Below are positions 49,504-57,984 of a stretch of 64,000 nt of DNA, in pieces. Positions within the stretch are counted from its first letter, which is position 1; each line of letters starts with the position of its first letter. The notes under the pieces were generated by a model, which ran no database searches, was not told the DNA's origin, and saw only the letters and a list, made by a program, of their open reading frames with translations. Made by a program: the position numbers and the translations under genes. Source of the DNA: a virus; the IMG/VR virus record IMGVR_UViG_3300013101_002049, positions 86,129 through 150,128 of that record; one strand, given 5' to 3'.

Positions 49504-50258
49504 AAAGTATTAATGAATTATCAAAAAAGGATATAAAAGATATAGAATTATTAGTTTTTGATGTGGATGGTGTATTAGTTCGTCGAGGGACTGTAATTAA
49601 ATCCAATAGATCATATCTTGAACTAGAAGTAAAAGTAATAGATCCATTTCAAATAGATCAGATTTGGAGATTGTCTCAATGTGGTTTTAAAATCAATATT
49701 AATTCTGGTCGTGGTTTATATATGTTACAACTTATGTTTCGTGAAGTATTACCATATGTTAGTTTGACTTATGAGAATGGAAGCGCTACTTGGTATGAAG
49801 GAAATATAGTACAGCATGTAAATAGTTATAGTCGATTAACTGATGCACTTAGTGAACTCTTATTTATTGAAGATGAACGAATAGATGGTTGGGAACCAAA
49901 AGAGTTTATTATAACTATTCATTGTTCTGAACGAGTTCCAGCGATAGAAAAAGTAATGTCGAAATTTGAGAATCTTTATTGTTTGTGGAATAGTGAAGCA
50001 TACGATATTGGGATCAAAAATGATCAAACAAAAGCAATTGGTTTAAAAAGTCTTATGAATTTTTTAAAATTAGAAAAACAAAATGTGTTAGTAATCGGAG
50101 ATAACTATAACGATAAAAGTATGATGGATATTGGCGGTGTTCGTATCACAGCTGATAAAGACAGGGTATCTGGTGATTTTTGGGTCCCATTGAACGGTGA
50201 TCGATTACCCGCCGATATTTTGATGGATAAAATTTTAAATTTAAAGTGTGAGGTTTAA
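49500..50258 (+). CDS. HAD IIB family phosphatase
   Basis: FDVDGVL, SGR, ENG, IGDNYND. Confidence 0.75.
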   Translation: MKSINELSKKDIKDIELLVFDVDGVLVRRGTVIKSNRSYLELEVKVIDPFQIDQIWRLSQCGFKININSGRGLYMLQLMFREVLPYVSLTYENGSATWYEGNIVQHVNSYSRLTDALSELLFIEDERIDGWEPKEFIITIHCSERVPAIEKVMSKFENLYCLWNSEAYDIGIKNDQTKAIGLKSLMNFLKLEKQNVLVIGDNYNDKSMMDIGGVRITADKDRVSGDFWVPLNGDRLPADILMDKILNLKCEV

Positions 50259-50259
50259 A

Positions 50260-50472
50260 ATGGAAGAATTTGTTCAATATAAATTTGAGACAAGTATTTA
50301 TGAATTGAGATTAAATCAAGCGGTTATTTCAGATAATGATTGGTGGGAAGAAGATGTGGCTCCATTAACTATTTTAAGGGTGCCTGGTGGTTGGATTTAT
50401 TATAATACGCATTTAGGTAGTAACGGTGTGTTTGTTCCGTTTGATAATGAATTTATGAAAAGGAGTAAATAA
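50260..50472 (+). CDS. hypothetical protein
   Basis: RVPGGWIY motif; GAGG SD. Confidence 0.5.
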   Translation: MEEFVQYKFETSIYELRLNQAVISDNDWWEEDVAPLTILRVPGGWIYYNTHLGSNGVFVPFDNEFMKRSK

Positions 50473-50843
50473 TGAATTTGTTTCAAAAAGGTAAATTTGA
50501 ATTACATTCAGGAGTTATAAGTGATTTTAAGATTGATTGTGATGCATTTACAGATGCAGATATTGAAACGATAGCATATATTATATCAAAAAATATTAAA
50601 TTCAAAGATGTAGTAGGTGTTCCAAGCGGTGGTTTACGATTAGAAAAAGCTTTGGAAAAATATATTTCAAATCGTGGGTGTCATTTGATAGTGGATGATG
50701 TATTAACCACTGGTGATAGTATGAATGTATTGAAAAAAGAAATGTATGGAGATAACGGCCTCGGAGTAAAAGGTGTAGTTATATTTGCTCGAAATAAATG
50801 CCCTGATTGGATACATCCTGTTTTCAATATGTGGGGGGATTGA
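50472..50843 (+). CDS. phosphoribosyltransferase (OPRT-like)
   Basis: FELHSG, GVPSGG, IVDDVLTTGDS PRPP-binding loop. Confidence 0.75.
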   Translation: MNLFQKGKFELHSGVISDFKIDCDAFTDADIETIAYIISKNIKFKDVVGVPSGGLRLEKALEKYISNRGCHLIVDDVLTTGDSMNVLKKEMYGDNGLGVKGVVIFARNKCPDWIHPVFNMWGD

Positions 50844-51077
50844 TATGGAAGATTTAAGACGAGTAGAAATTTTAGATGAAGATGGGTGGCGAGAAGCAGA
50901 ATTTGTTGAAATACAACCTCATGTCTAACATCTACAAATGGTACATCATTTTAAAGTATAATTATTATAAATTATATTGGAAATTTCATAAACCAAGAAA
51001 ACCAAGTAGTTTTTATAAATGGATAGAATATTACTATAGTGTATTAGATCAAAAAGCAGTGTGCTTGGGAGTTTTAG

Positions 51078-51254
51078 ATGATAAATCAGAATAAATGCAA
51101 TTGTGAAATAATGACAGATAAAGGATTAAAGTTATGCAACAAGCCAGCTATATGGAAGCATCCTCGATATCTTGATGGTAAGTTTTGTGAGGAATGTAAA
51201 GAAAACGTGGCTTATTTTTTTCCAAATGATTGGTGTTTGCTGGAGGAAGATTAA
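51078..51254 (+). CDS. small Cys-rich hypothetical protein (58 aa)
   Basis: Read by eye: MINQNKCNCE...CNKPA...FCEECK; GGGAG SD. Confidence 0.4.
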   Translation: MINQNKCNCEIMTDKGLKLCNKPAIWKHPRYLDGKFCEECKENVAYFFPNDWCLLEED

Positions 51255-51255
51255 G

Positions 51256-51450
51256 ATTGGTAAATCATATATAGACAATCATAAAGCAAGAAAAAATAGA
51301 GGTAAGCCCGCATTCGATAAAAAAGCGTTATGTCGTAAATCTATTTCTGTATGTCAATTATGCGGAAATAAATGTAGGGCTTCAAAACTTATAGAAGGTA
51401 TATGCCCATTATGCTATGATAGAATAAAGGATAACTATAATGGCAGATAA
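51256..51450 (+). CDS. small zinc-finger protein, possible ATT start
   Basis: CQLC...CPLC; GGAGGA 8 nt before an in-frame ATT. Confidence 0.4.
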   Translation: MGKSYIDNHKARKNRGKPAFDKKALCRKSISVCQLCGNKCRASKLIEGICPLCYDRIKDNYNGR

Positions 51451-51628
51451 ATATAGTAGTTTTGATATACCAATAAAATATCAAAATAGAATTGATATAA
51501 TGGCTAGAGGTATGGAAAGAGCATTACAATCGTTAGGTTTAGATATAGAAATAAAGTCAAAACGTTTTATGGGTGGGGATGGAGAACGAATTTCATTTGA
51601 ATTTACCAATCATGCAAAGGAGAATTAA
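51440..51628 (+). CDS. hypothetical protein
   Basis: AAGGA SD; overlaps its neighbours. Confidence 0.45.
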   Translation: MADKYSSFDIPIKYQNRIDIMARGMERALQSLGLDIEIKSKRFMGGDGERISFEFTNHAKEN

Positions 51629-51696
51629 AATGATGCCGACAGAACAAAGGTGCCCAAGTTGCGGCACAATATTTATTGGATCTGACGCAATAGGAG

Positions 51697-52455
51697 ATGT
51701 GTGTGATAATTGTAGATCTTACAAGTGGAAAGTTGTGCCTTTTAGATATAGATCCTGAAGATGTTATTCCTGGTGGTGTTTTTAGAACTTGTGACGTTTA
51801 CAAATCTGGCGGCGGGTATGATAAATTTCCTGGCATATATGAGCGTAGGTATGGTGTAAAAACAAATCCTAAACAATTTGTAGTTCAGTTATATGGATGT
51901 CATTTAAAATGCCCTTATTGTTACGTAACACAAGATGGTATCTGGGGTGATTACAAAAAATATACATCAGAGCAATTAGTTAAAGAATTTCTTAAATCAG
52001 GATGTGAAGTGTTTCATTTAATGGGGGGTTCACCTGCTTTGTATATCGAATATTGGCCTGAACTTATTGGTATGCTTGATAATTATTTGGGAAGTAATAT
52101 GATTTTTCATAGTGATTTAACTTTAACTGAAAAAAGATTTAATCGACCATTATTAAAGGCTATTTCACAGCCAAATTGTTTGTATGCTGTAAATGTCAAG
52201 GGTGTGACCCCACAAGATTATGAAAGAAATACAGGTAAGAAATTTGATAGTTCTATGTTCTGGATGAATTTATGGGATATGATGGTTTGTGAAGTGCCGT
52301 TTTACATCACATTTACCAATCCTGATATGGATCATTATTCAGAATTTGTGGATCACATTAAACATATTTATGGCGAAGAGTTATTGGAAGATAGTTTTAT
52401 TATAGATTTGATAGATTATAAGGCGGTAGAAAATTGTGAAAGAATTCATAGATAA
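51697..52455 (+). CDS. radical SAM protein (QueE/activase-like); N-terminus uncertain
   Basis: YGCHLKCPYC, HLMGGSP. Confidence 0.7.
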   Translation: MCVIIVDLTSGKLCLLDIDPEDVIPGGVFRTCDVYKSGGGYDKFPGIYERRYGVKTNPKQFVVQLYGCHLKCPYCYVTQDGIWGDYKKYTSEQLVKEFLKSGCEVFHLMGGSPALYIEYWPELIGMLDNYLGSNMIFHSDLTLTEKRFNRPLLKAISQPNCLYAVNVKGVTPQDYERNTGKKFDSSMFWMNLWDMMVCEVPFYITFTNPDMDHYSEFVDHIKHIYGEELLEDSFIIDLIDYKAVENCERIHR

Positions 52456-53194
52456 AATACATAATAAAGATATACATGAATTATTGAGAGAATTACCAAA
52501 TAAATCAATAGACCTTGTATATTCTGATATAGATTATAATGTTGGTGTAAAATATGGTGGAAAATCTTACACCAAAATATTTAAGGAATATATATCTGAA
52601 TACGTGGCTTTAGCATCAGAATCAGTGCGTGTATTAAAAGATACTGGCAGTGCGTTTTTTATTAATTATCCAAAGAATAATGCTTTTTTATGGGTTAATT
52701 TTTTAGACAACGCTTGTTATGACGTTCAAGAATATGTATGGATATATAATTCTAATATAGGGCATTCGCCCAGACGATTTACTACGGCACATAGGTCAAT
52801 ATTACATTGTCGTATGTCAAAAGAAAGTAAATTCTATAAGGATAATGTGGCTCAGCCATATGTAAATCCTACTGATAGAAGGATAAGGCGATTAATGAGA
52901 AAAGGTAGTAAGGGTAGAGCCCCTTACTCATGGTTTTATTCGGATTTGGTTAAAAATGTAACTAAGGGTAGTAAAAATATTAACCATCCCTGTGTCATAC
53001 CGGAAAAGGTGTCTTCCTTATTAATTAAGAGTGTTACTAAGCCAGGTGATACTGTATTAATCTTATTTGCGGGAAGTGGATCAGAAATAAATGTTTGCCG
53101 TCGATTAGGCAGGCATTTTATTGCGGCTGAATTGAATGATGATTACTGTGATTTTATAGAAAAGCAATTAGATGAGCGGTTAATTTCGTTCTAA
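52436..53194 (+). CDS. beta-class DNA methyltransferase with atypical motif IV
   Basis: SIDLVYSDIDYN, RVLK, HPCVIPE, LFAGSGS; GTG start. Confidence 0.75.
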   Translation: MKEFIDKIHNKDIHELLRELPNKSIDLVYSDIDYNVGVKYGGKSYTKIFKEYISEYVALASESVRVLKDTGSAFFINYPKNNAFLWVNFLDNACYDVQEYVWIYNSNIGHSPRRFTTAHRSILHCRMSKESKFYKDNVAQPYVNPTDRRIRRLMRKGSKGRAPYSWFYSDLVKNVTKGSKNINHPCVIPEKVSSLLIKSVTKPGDTVLILFAGSGSEINVCRRLGRHFIAAELNDDYCDFIEKQLDERLISF

Positions 53195-53207
53195 TGAGGG
53201 AAGAGCT

Positions 53208-53465
53208 ATGGTTAGAATAACTGGATATGATAAGGGATTGGTGATGTTTCATTGTGATAAATGTGATTATACTGGGGTTAAAGATATATCATCGTATATA
53301 ACAGCTGATTGTGTGTTTAGTATTGAACCGATATGTATAGTTTGTGGTGATAGTGGTTGTTTAGATTTTTTATATTGTTCAACTGAATATAAAGCAAAGG
53401 AATTATTGGCAGAGTTCGAAGCGTTAAAATCCAGAAGGGGGGGATTAAAATGCCAATTATTATAA
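53208..53465 (+). CDS. hypothetical CxxC protein
   Basis: CDKC and CIVC. Confidence 0.45.
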   Translation: MVRITGYDKGLVMFHCDKCDYTGVKDISSYITADCVFSIEPICIVCGDSGCLDFLYCSTEYKAKELLAEFEALKSRRGGLKCQLL

Positions 53466-53662
53466 AAAATAGATCGCAGTATGCAAAAGAGGCTGTAGAT
53501 AGAATTGTTAAACAATTAGAAGAGATGCAACAAGAGGTAATTGAAAGTGTTGAAAAGGCATCAACTATGTTGGTATCAGTAGAAGCTTTATATGAAATAC
53601 GAGATTATATTGATCAGTTAATATTAAATTGGAAGGATGAGAAAATAGAATTGGAGGATTAA
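53450..53662 (+). CDS. hypothetical helical protein
   Basis: G-rich SD; coupled to neighbouring genes. Confidence 0.45.
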   Translation: MPIIIKNRSQYAKEAVDRIVKQLEEMQQEVIESVEKASTMLVSVEALYEIRDYIDQLILNWKDEKIELED

Positions 53663-53666
53663 TAAT

Positions 53667-54155
53667 ATGAAAAGAATTTCGTGGGACGATTTGTTTATGG
53701 CTATGGTTTATTTAATGTCTATGAAAAGTAAGGATACAAAGACACATGTAGGAGCGGTGATAGTAGGCCCCTTAAATGAAGTACTATCGGTAGGTTTTAA
53801 TGGTATGCCTATTGGTGTAAATGATAATATAACTAAAAGATATGAGCGCCCAGAAAAATATTATTGGATGGAACATGCTGAAAGAAATGCGATACTTTTA
53901 TCACCTTATAATGTTAGAGGTTGTAAAATGTATACTAATGGGATACCCTGTATGAATTGTGCTAGAAGTATAGTACAGGTTGGTATATCAGAAGTAATTG
54001 TAGATAAAGTTTGGGATGATAATAACTATAATCAATGGATTGAAGAAGCTGAGCGTACTAAAACAATGTTTGAGGAATCTGGAGTTAAACTTAGATTTTG
54101 GGATGGTCAGTTGATTAGTGAAATTTATCGATTTCGAAATGGTGAAAAACTTTAA
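53667..54155 (+). CDS. dCMP deaminase
   Basis: SWDDLFM, SKD, VGAVIV, HAERN, PCMNC. Confidence 0.9.
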   Translation: MKRISWDDLFMAMVYLMSMKSKDTKTHVGAVIVGPLNEVLSVGFNGMPIGVNDNITKRYERPEKYYWMEHAERNAILLSPYNVRGCKMYTNGIPCMNCARSIVQVGISEVIVDKVWDDNNYNQWIEEAERTKTMFEESGVKLRFWDGQLISEIYRFRNGEKL

Positions 54156-54164
54156 GGAGGTTAC

Positions 54165-54824
54165 ATGCCGACACTGGAATCTGTTAATGGATATGATATA
54201 AATCTTGTTGATCCTAGGTTTAGTAGAAAAAGTCGAAAAAGAAGGAGATGTTACATGCCACGAAAGAAAATTAAACCACCACGTACAGAGGGTGAGGTAC
54301 TTCAAAAAATAGCGGATTGGTGTACAGATTTACATCCGAGAGTTGAGGTTCAAAAATCTGAATATGAAAAGTTAATAGAAAGTACTGGCGAGAAAAAAAT
54401 TATTGATGCGACTATGATTGGAAAATATAAACGCAAAAGTAAATCTGGTGCAAAAGGATGTTTGATCGCTGAGTTAGAATTTGAAGAGCATAAAGCTAGA
54501 CGGTATAGTATTCTTAAAGATATGCCTATGATTACTATTCCATTAAGAAAATTACCTTATTGGCGTAATGATATACCACAATATTGGTTAAAAGTGGATA
54601 AAGATGGCACACCATTTATGATAAATTATAGATATGTGGCAAATAATAGTGATAATTTAGATAAAATGCAACGTCAAGGTAAATGGCAAAACAATGACCA
54701 GATTGTGCGAATTAAAGTTGCTGAACGTAAAGATAAGAAATCCAAATGGCCTAGATATGTAATTATGGGTTGGGATAGAATATTTAAAGAATTGAATAAA
54801 GTTGTTAGATTGGCAGGATTTTAA
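54165..54824 (+). CDS. hypothetical basic protein (possibly nuclease-like)
   Basis: AGGAGG SD; second candidate start at 54255; D...ELE pattern is weak. Confidence 0.5.
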   Translation: MPTLESVNGYDINLVDPRFSRKSRKRRRCYMPRKKIKPPRTEGEVLQKIADWCTDLHPRVEVQKSEYEKLIESTGEKKIIDATMIGKYKRKSKSGAKGCLIAELEFEEHKARRYSILKDMPMITIPLRKLPYWRNDIPQYWLKVDKDGTPFMINYRYVANNSDNLDKMQRQGKWQNNDQIVRIKVAERKDKKSKWPRYVIMGWDRIFKELNKVVRLAGF

Positions 54825-54843
54825 TAAAAAATGAATTTTTTAT

Positions 54844-54872
54844 CTAGCAAAATTGAAAAAATATTCTATAAT
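54844..54872 (+). promoter_or_regulatory. phage promoter CTAGCA-N17-TATAAT (copy 3)
   Basis: CTAGCA 54844-54849 and TATAAT 54867-54872. Confidence 0.8.
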
Positions 54873-54879
54873 AGATATA

Positions 54880-54914
54880 GAGGTCAGTGGAGTTTATCTT
54901 CGCTGACCTTTTTT
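54880..54914 (+). terminator. intrinsic terminator-like hairpin
   Basis: GAGGTCAGTGGAG / CTTCGCTGACCTT stem followed by a T-tract. Confidence 0.65.
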
Positions 54915-54943
54915 ATTATACAACATTATAGGAGGAAGTAATC

Positions 54944-55456
54944 ATGGCACATTTTAATGGAGATCAGTATGACAATTTTCAATTTAATCCTGGAAGTATT
55001 GGAGCTGATTGGAAATTTGGGACACAACCAGCTTACGATATGAGACCGCTTGCGGCAAGGATTGCTAGATGGAATATCGATTATGCGGGACCAAGAATGA
55101 GTGACGATTATACGCGCACTAGTCTTGGCTTTGCTTTTAAAGGTAATATTGAAAACCCGAAAAAGCAGCCTGGTATTGGTTTTGGTACAGATTGGGATGT
55201 ATATAACTATAATCCATTTGTATGGGGTTATGCAGTTGCTCATCGTAGAGTTAATGCTGATCCTATGTTCAAAATTACTGAGAAGAGGGGTACTGTAGCG
55301 CCGCCAGCTAAGGATGTTATGGATCGAAAAGAAGTAAGTGCATCTGGCATGAGTCAGTACAAAAACTACCCATCTGAGGGTTGGTCATCTTTTGGTAAGA
55401 AATATGATAAAGAAAGAGCATGGGCTGGTAATACATGGATTAATGGTATGGTATAA
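54944..55456 (+). CDS. hypothetical protein (G/W/Y-rich)
   Basis: Strong GGAGG SD; lies between two promoter copies. Confidence 0.6.
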   Translation: MAHFNGDQYDNFQFNPGSIGADWKFGTQPAYDMRPLAARIARWNIDYAGPRMSDDYTRTSLGFAFKGNIENPKKQPGIGFGTDWDVYNYNPFVWGYAVAHRRVNADPMFKITEKRGTVAPPAKDVMDRKEVSASGMSQYKNYPSEGWSSFGKKYDKERAWAGNTWINGMV

Positions 55457-55482
55457 TTATAGTAAAAATTAGTATTATTTAT

Positions 55483-55511
55483 CTAGCAAAATGAGCATTT
55501 TATTCTATAAT
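55483..55511 (+). promoter_or_regulatory. phage promoter CTAGCA-N17-TATAAT (copy 4)
   Basis: CTAGCA 55483-55488 and TATAAT 55506-55511. Confidence 0.8.
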
Positions 55512-55531
55512 ATATGTGAGGGCAGATACCG

Positions 55532-55759
55532 GTGGAATATAAGATGCATTGTATTTTATGCGGTTGTAAATGGGGTACAGGAGAAGATATTGGAAGTTCT
55601 GGAATTTGTCCCCAATGTTTTAAAAAATGGATTAATGCTCGTAAAAAGGTAAATAATTTAAGAGAATGTTATGGAGAGTATGGACAGCACGATGATGTGG
55701 ATTGTGTGAATTGCTCCGTGATGAATTTATGTTTTAAGGATACTTATGGAAATAAATAG
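55532..55759 (+). CDS. small Cys-rich zinc-binding protein
   Basis: CILC, CPQC, CYG...CVNC...C; GTG start. Confidence 0.5.
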   Translation: MEYKMHCILCGCKWGTGEDIGSSGICPQCFKKWINARKKVNNLRECYGEYGQHDDVDCVNCSVMNLCFKDTYGNK

Positions 55760-56582
55760 AATTTATTGTGGTGATTCGAGACAAATGAATGAAATTGAGA
55801 ATGATTGTGTTCATTTAACAGTCACATCACCTCCATATTATGTAGGAAAAGAATATGAAAAGTATTTACCAACTTTGAATAGTTATTTTCAAATGCTTTA
55901 TGATGTGTTTATAGAAGTGCATCGAGTAACTATTCCAGGCGGTAAAATCATTGTAAATATAGGAGATATAGCGGTTGGTTCTAATTACAATGAGGGATTT
56001 CCAGAAGAGATTATGGTGATTTCTAAATTAGTGGAATTTATGCGCGAATTGGGTTCGTATTTATATGCACGAATTATATGGGAAAAAGATGATCCGTGGG
56101 CAAATAGCTCTCATGTCTCTTTTCATAGTAAAGTTCAACATGCAGAATATCGTGTTTTACCTGCGTGGGAATATGTATTTGTATTTAGAAAAGGTAAAGA
56201 GGTTCGCAAAGATAAATTCGCTAGTGATGGTAGATGGATCACTAAGAGTGAATGGAAAAAATTAGCGCATGGTATATGGAATATACGTTCTGTGCAATCT
56301 AATAGTTTTCATGAAGCAATGTTTCCAGAATTGTTAGTTAAAAATTGTATTAAGTTGTATAGTTTTAACGATGATATTATATTAGACCCGTTTATGGGTA
56401 GTGGAACTACGGCTATTGTGGCTAAGAAGCTTGGTAGGAATTATATTGGTTATGAAAAAGAACCGAAGTATGTTAATTTAGCTAATAATAGAATAGCGTC
56501 AGTTACATCTAATATGATAACACCGTCAGAAGAATATATTGATAAAACAATGAATGCTGAATTACAAGAAAGGTTTATTTAA
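55746..56582 (+). CDS. beta-class N4-C/N6-A DNA methyltransferase
   Basis: TSPPY, HEAMFP, DPFMGSGTT. Confidence 0.88.
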   Translation: MEINRIYCGDSRQMNEIENDCVHLTVTSPPYYVGKEYEKYLPTLNSYFQMLYDVFIEVHRVTIPGGKIIVNIGDIAVGSNYNEGFPEEIMVISKLVEFMRELGSYLYARIIWEKDDPWANSSHVSFHSKVQHAEYRVLPAWEYVFVFRKGKEVRKDKFASDGRWITKSEWKKLAHGIWNIRSVQSNSFHEAMFPELLVKNCIKLYSFNDDIILDPFMGSGTTAIVAKKLGRNYIGYEKEPKYVNLANNRIASVTSNMITPSEEYIDKTMNAELQERFI

Positions 56583-56773
56583 TGGAATCTCCATGTGATT
56601 GTAAAGATATGTTATGGATGATGAAAAACAATAAGGTTTTTCGAAAATCTGATGGTAGATGGATGCTCACATGGATAGAATTAGACAAAGAAGATAAAAA
56701 AGGCATTAATATAGAAAAGTTTGGTGTTGTTATTCATCATTGCATGTTTTGTGGTAAAAAAGTAAACAATTAA
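56582..56773 (+). CDS. hypothetical protein
   Basis: HCMFCGKK tail typical of small phage proteins. Confidence 0.5.
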   Translation: MESPCDCKDMLWMMKNNKVFRKSDGRWMLTWIELDKEDKKGINIEKFGVVIHHCMFCGKKVNN

Positions 56774-56787
56774 TCGGAGGATAGCCA

Positions 56788-56940
56788 ATGAAAACTGGTA
56801 ATAGAGGTATTGCAAAGACTGTAGGTGGAAAAACAGTTAAAATGACGGTTAAGGTTCAGTGCCCTAATTGTGGAAAGGAATATATTATCCAATCTGATGT
56901 TCCTATGAGAGATCAGCAGGTGTGTCCTGATTGTAGATAA
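56788..56940 (+). CDS. small zinc-ribbon protein (50 aa, below the ORF-track cutoff)
   Basis: GGAGGA SD; CPNCG...CPDC. Confidence 0.55.
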   Translation: MKTGNRGIAKTVGGKTVKMTVKVQCPNCGKEYIIQSDVPMRDQQVCPDCR

Positions 56941-56985
56941 ACGGCAAGGAAGAATTTTAAAAAAAGATTTTGGAGGATTTGAATT

Positions 56986-57441
56986 ATGAGTAAAACAATG
57001 AATAAATTTAATCGAGGTTTGAATTATTTGTCACGAGGTCAATTTAAGGCTGCTATTAAGAATTTTGAAGCTGCTGTTCGTAGTGGTGATGGAACAAATT
57101 TACAACGAGATGTAGCGGCATTTTACATGGTCAATACTGCGAAATATCGCAGGGAATGGAAGAAAAGACGGTATGGTAATGCTAATCTTTTCTGGTATGA
57201 TCCAGAGGATAATAGTGGAAGAGCTTGGTCAGACGTGGATATTGCCGCTGTCTTGCTTACACCTAATACTAAAAAGATGAACGATTATCTTAGCAAGTTT
57301 CTCGGCAGAAACTTGAATGCTATTAGTTTTCAAAGACGTTACGCTTATGGACGGCCACTTGCATCTTGGCGAAATGAAAGTGGAAAGCGTTATACTCGCT
57401 ACACTCAGACTAAGAACGTGTATCGTAGACTTGGTGCTTAA
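56986..57441 (+). CDS. hypothetical basic protein with TPR-like N-terminal helix pair
   Basis: FNRGLNYLSRGQFKAAIKNF; GGAGG SD. Confidence 0.55.
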   Translation: MSKTMNKFNRGLNYLSRGQFKAAIKNFEAAVRSGDGTNLQRDVAAFYMVNTAKYRREWKKRRYGNANLFWYDPEDNSGRAWSDVDIAAVLLTPNTKKMNDYLSKFLGRNLNAISFQRRYAYGRPLASWRNESGKRYTRYTQTKNVYRRLGA

Positions 57442-57447
57442 TAGTAC

Positions 57448-57569
57448 CAGCACTCTGTAGCGGCTGGTTATGCGTAAAGGTTTTTTGGTACTTCCTTGCG
57501 TCCTAAAATTTTAAGTTATTTGAAAAGCTGCTCGAATAACTTTACCTTAAACATAACCTCAGAGTGTTG
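57448..57569 (+). ncRNA. candidate structured non-coding RNA (~122 nt)
   Basis: Nested complementary segments 57448-57457/57560-57569, 57466-57472/57552-57558, 57473-57480/57494-57500 and 57513-57523/57532-57542, all in intergenic DNA. Confidence 0.55.
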
Positions 57570-57579
57570 TCTATATATA

Positions 57580-57609
57580 AGGTGGGTGCTCTTCGTTGAG
57601 CACCCGCCT
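57580..57609 (+). other. strong GC-rich hairpin (terminator or 3' stabiliser)
   Basis: AGGTGGGTGCTC / GAGCACCCGCCT 12-bp stem; no U-tract on the + strand. Confidence 0.6.
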
Positions 57610-57630
57610 AAACATATCCGAGGATGAAAA

Positions 57631-57984
57631 ATGGAACTACAAGATATATTAGTAGTAGAATATTTAACTCAGCGGGTAATATTTTTTATTGAGAGGTTTG
57701 GTTATCATAATTTAGATATAATAGAAACCTCAAAAGGTGGTATTTCGTATCTTAAAGATAATTTGTATGATTATATATTTTTAGGTGGTGAGTTAGGAAA
57801 AGAAGGTGGTAGTGGTTGTGAAGTAGCTTATTTTTTAAATGATGAGCAAGGTAATCCTAATGTAATGGCGAATATAATTATACATAGTTGGAATTTAATG
57901 GAAGTTGATAAAATGATACAGTTATTACCACAAGCGAAATATTTACCATTTAATGAAAAACAATTGAGCACATTATCTATTTAG
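57631..57984 (+). CDS. degenerate receiver-like domain protein
   Basis: ILVVE...YDYIFLGGELG...GCEVA...IIIHSWN resembles the cyclic-phosphate-processing receiver fold without the DHDL acidic residues. Confidence 0.45.
   Translation: MELQDILVVEYLTQRVIFFIERFGYHNLDIIETSKGGISYLKDNLYDYIFLGGELGKEGGSGCEVAYFLNDEQGNPNVMANIIIHSWNLMEVDKMIQLLPQAKYLPFNEKQLSTLSI

Noticed and set aside
56555-56582. C-terminal QERFI of the methyltransferase as a clamp-binding motif
   Set aside because: Poor match to QxxLF compared with the QTTLF and QTNLF cases.
570-57453. Minus-strand ORFs and short nested alternate-frame ORFs in the ORF track
   Set aside because: All overlap well-supported + strand genes, show no recognisable motifs and look like shadow ORFs.
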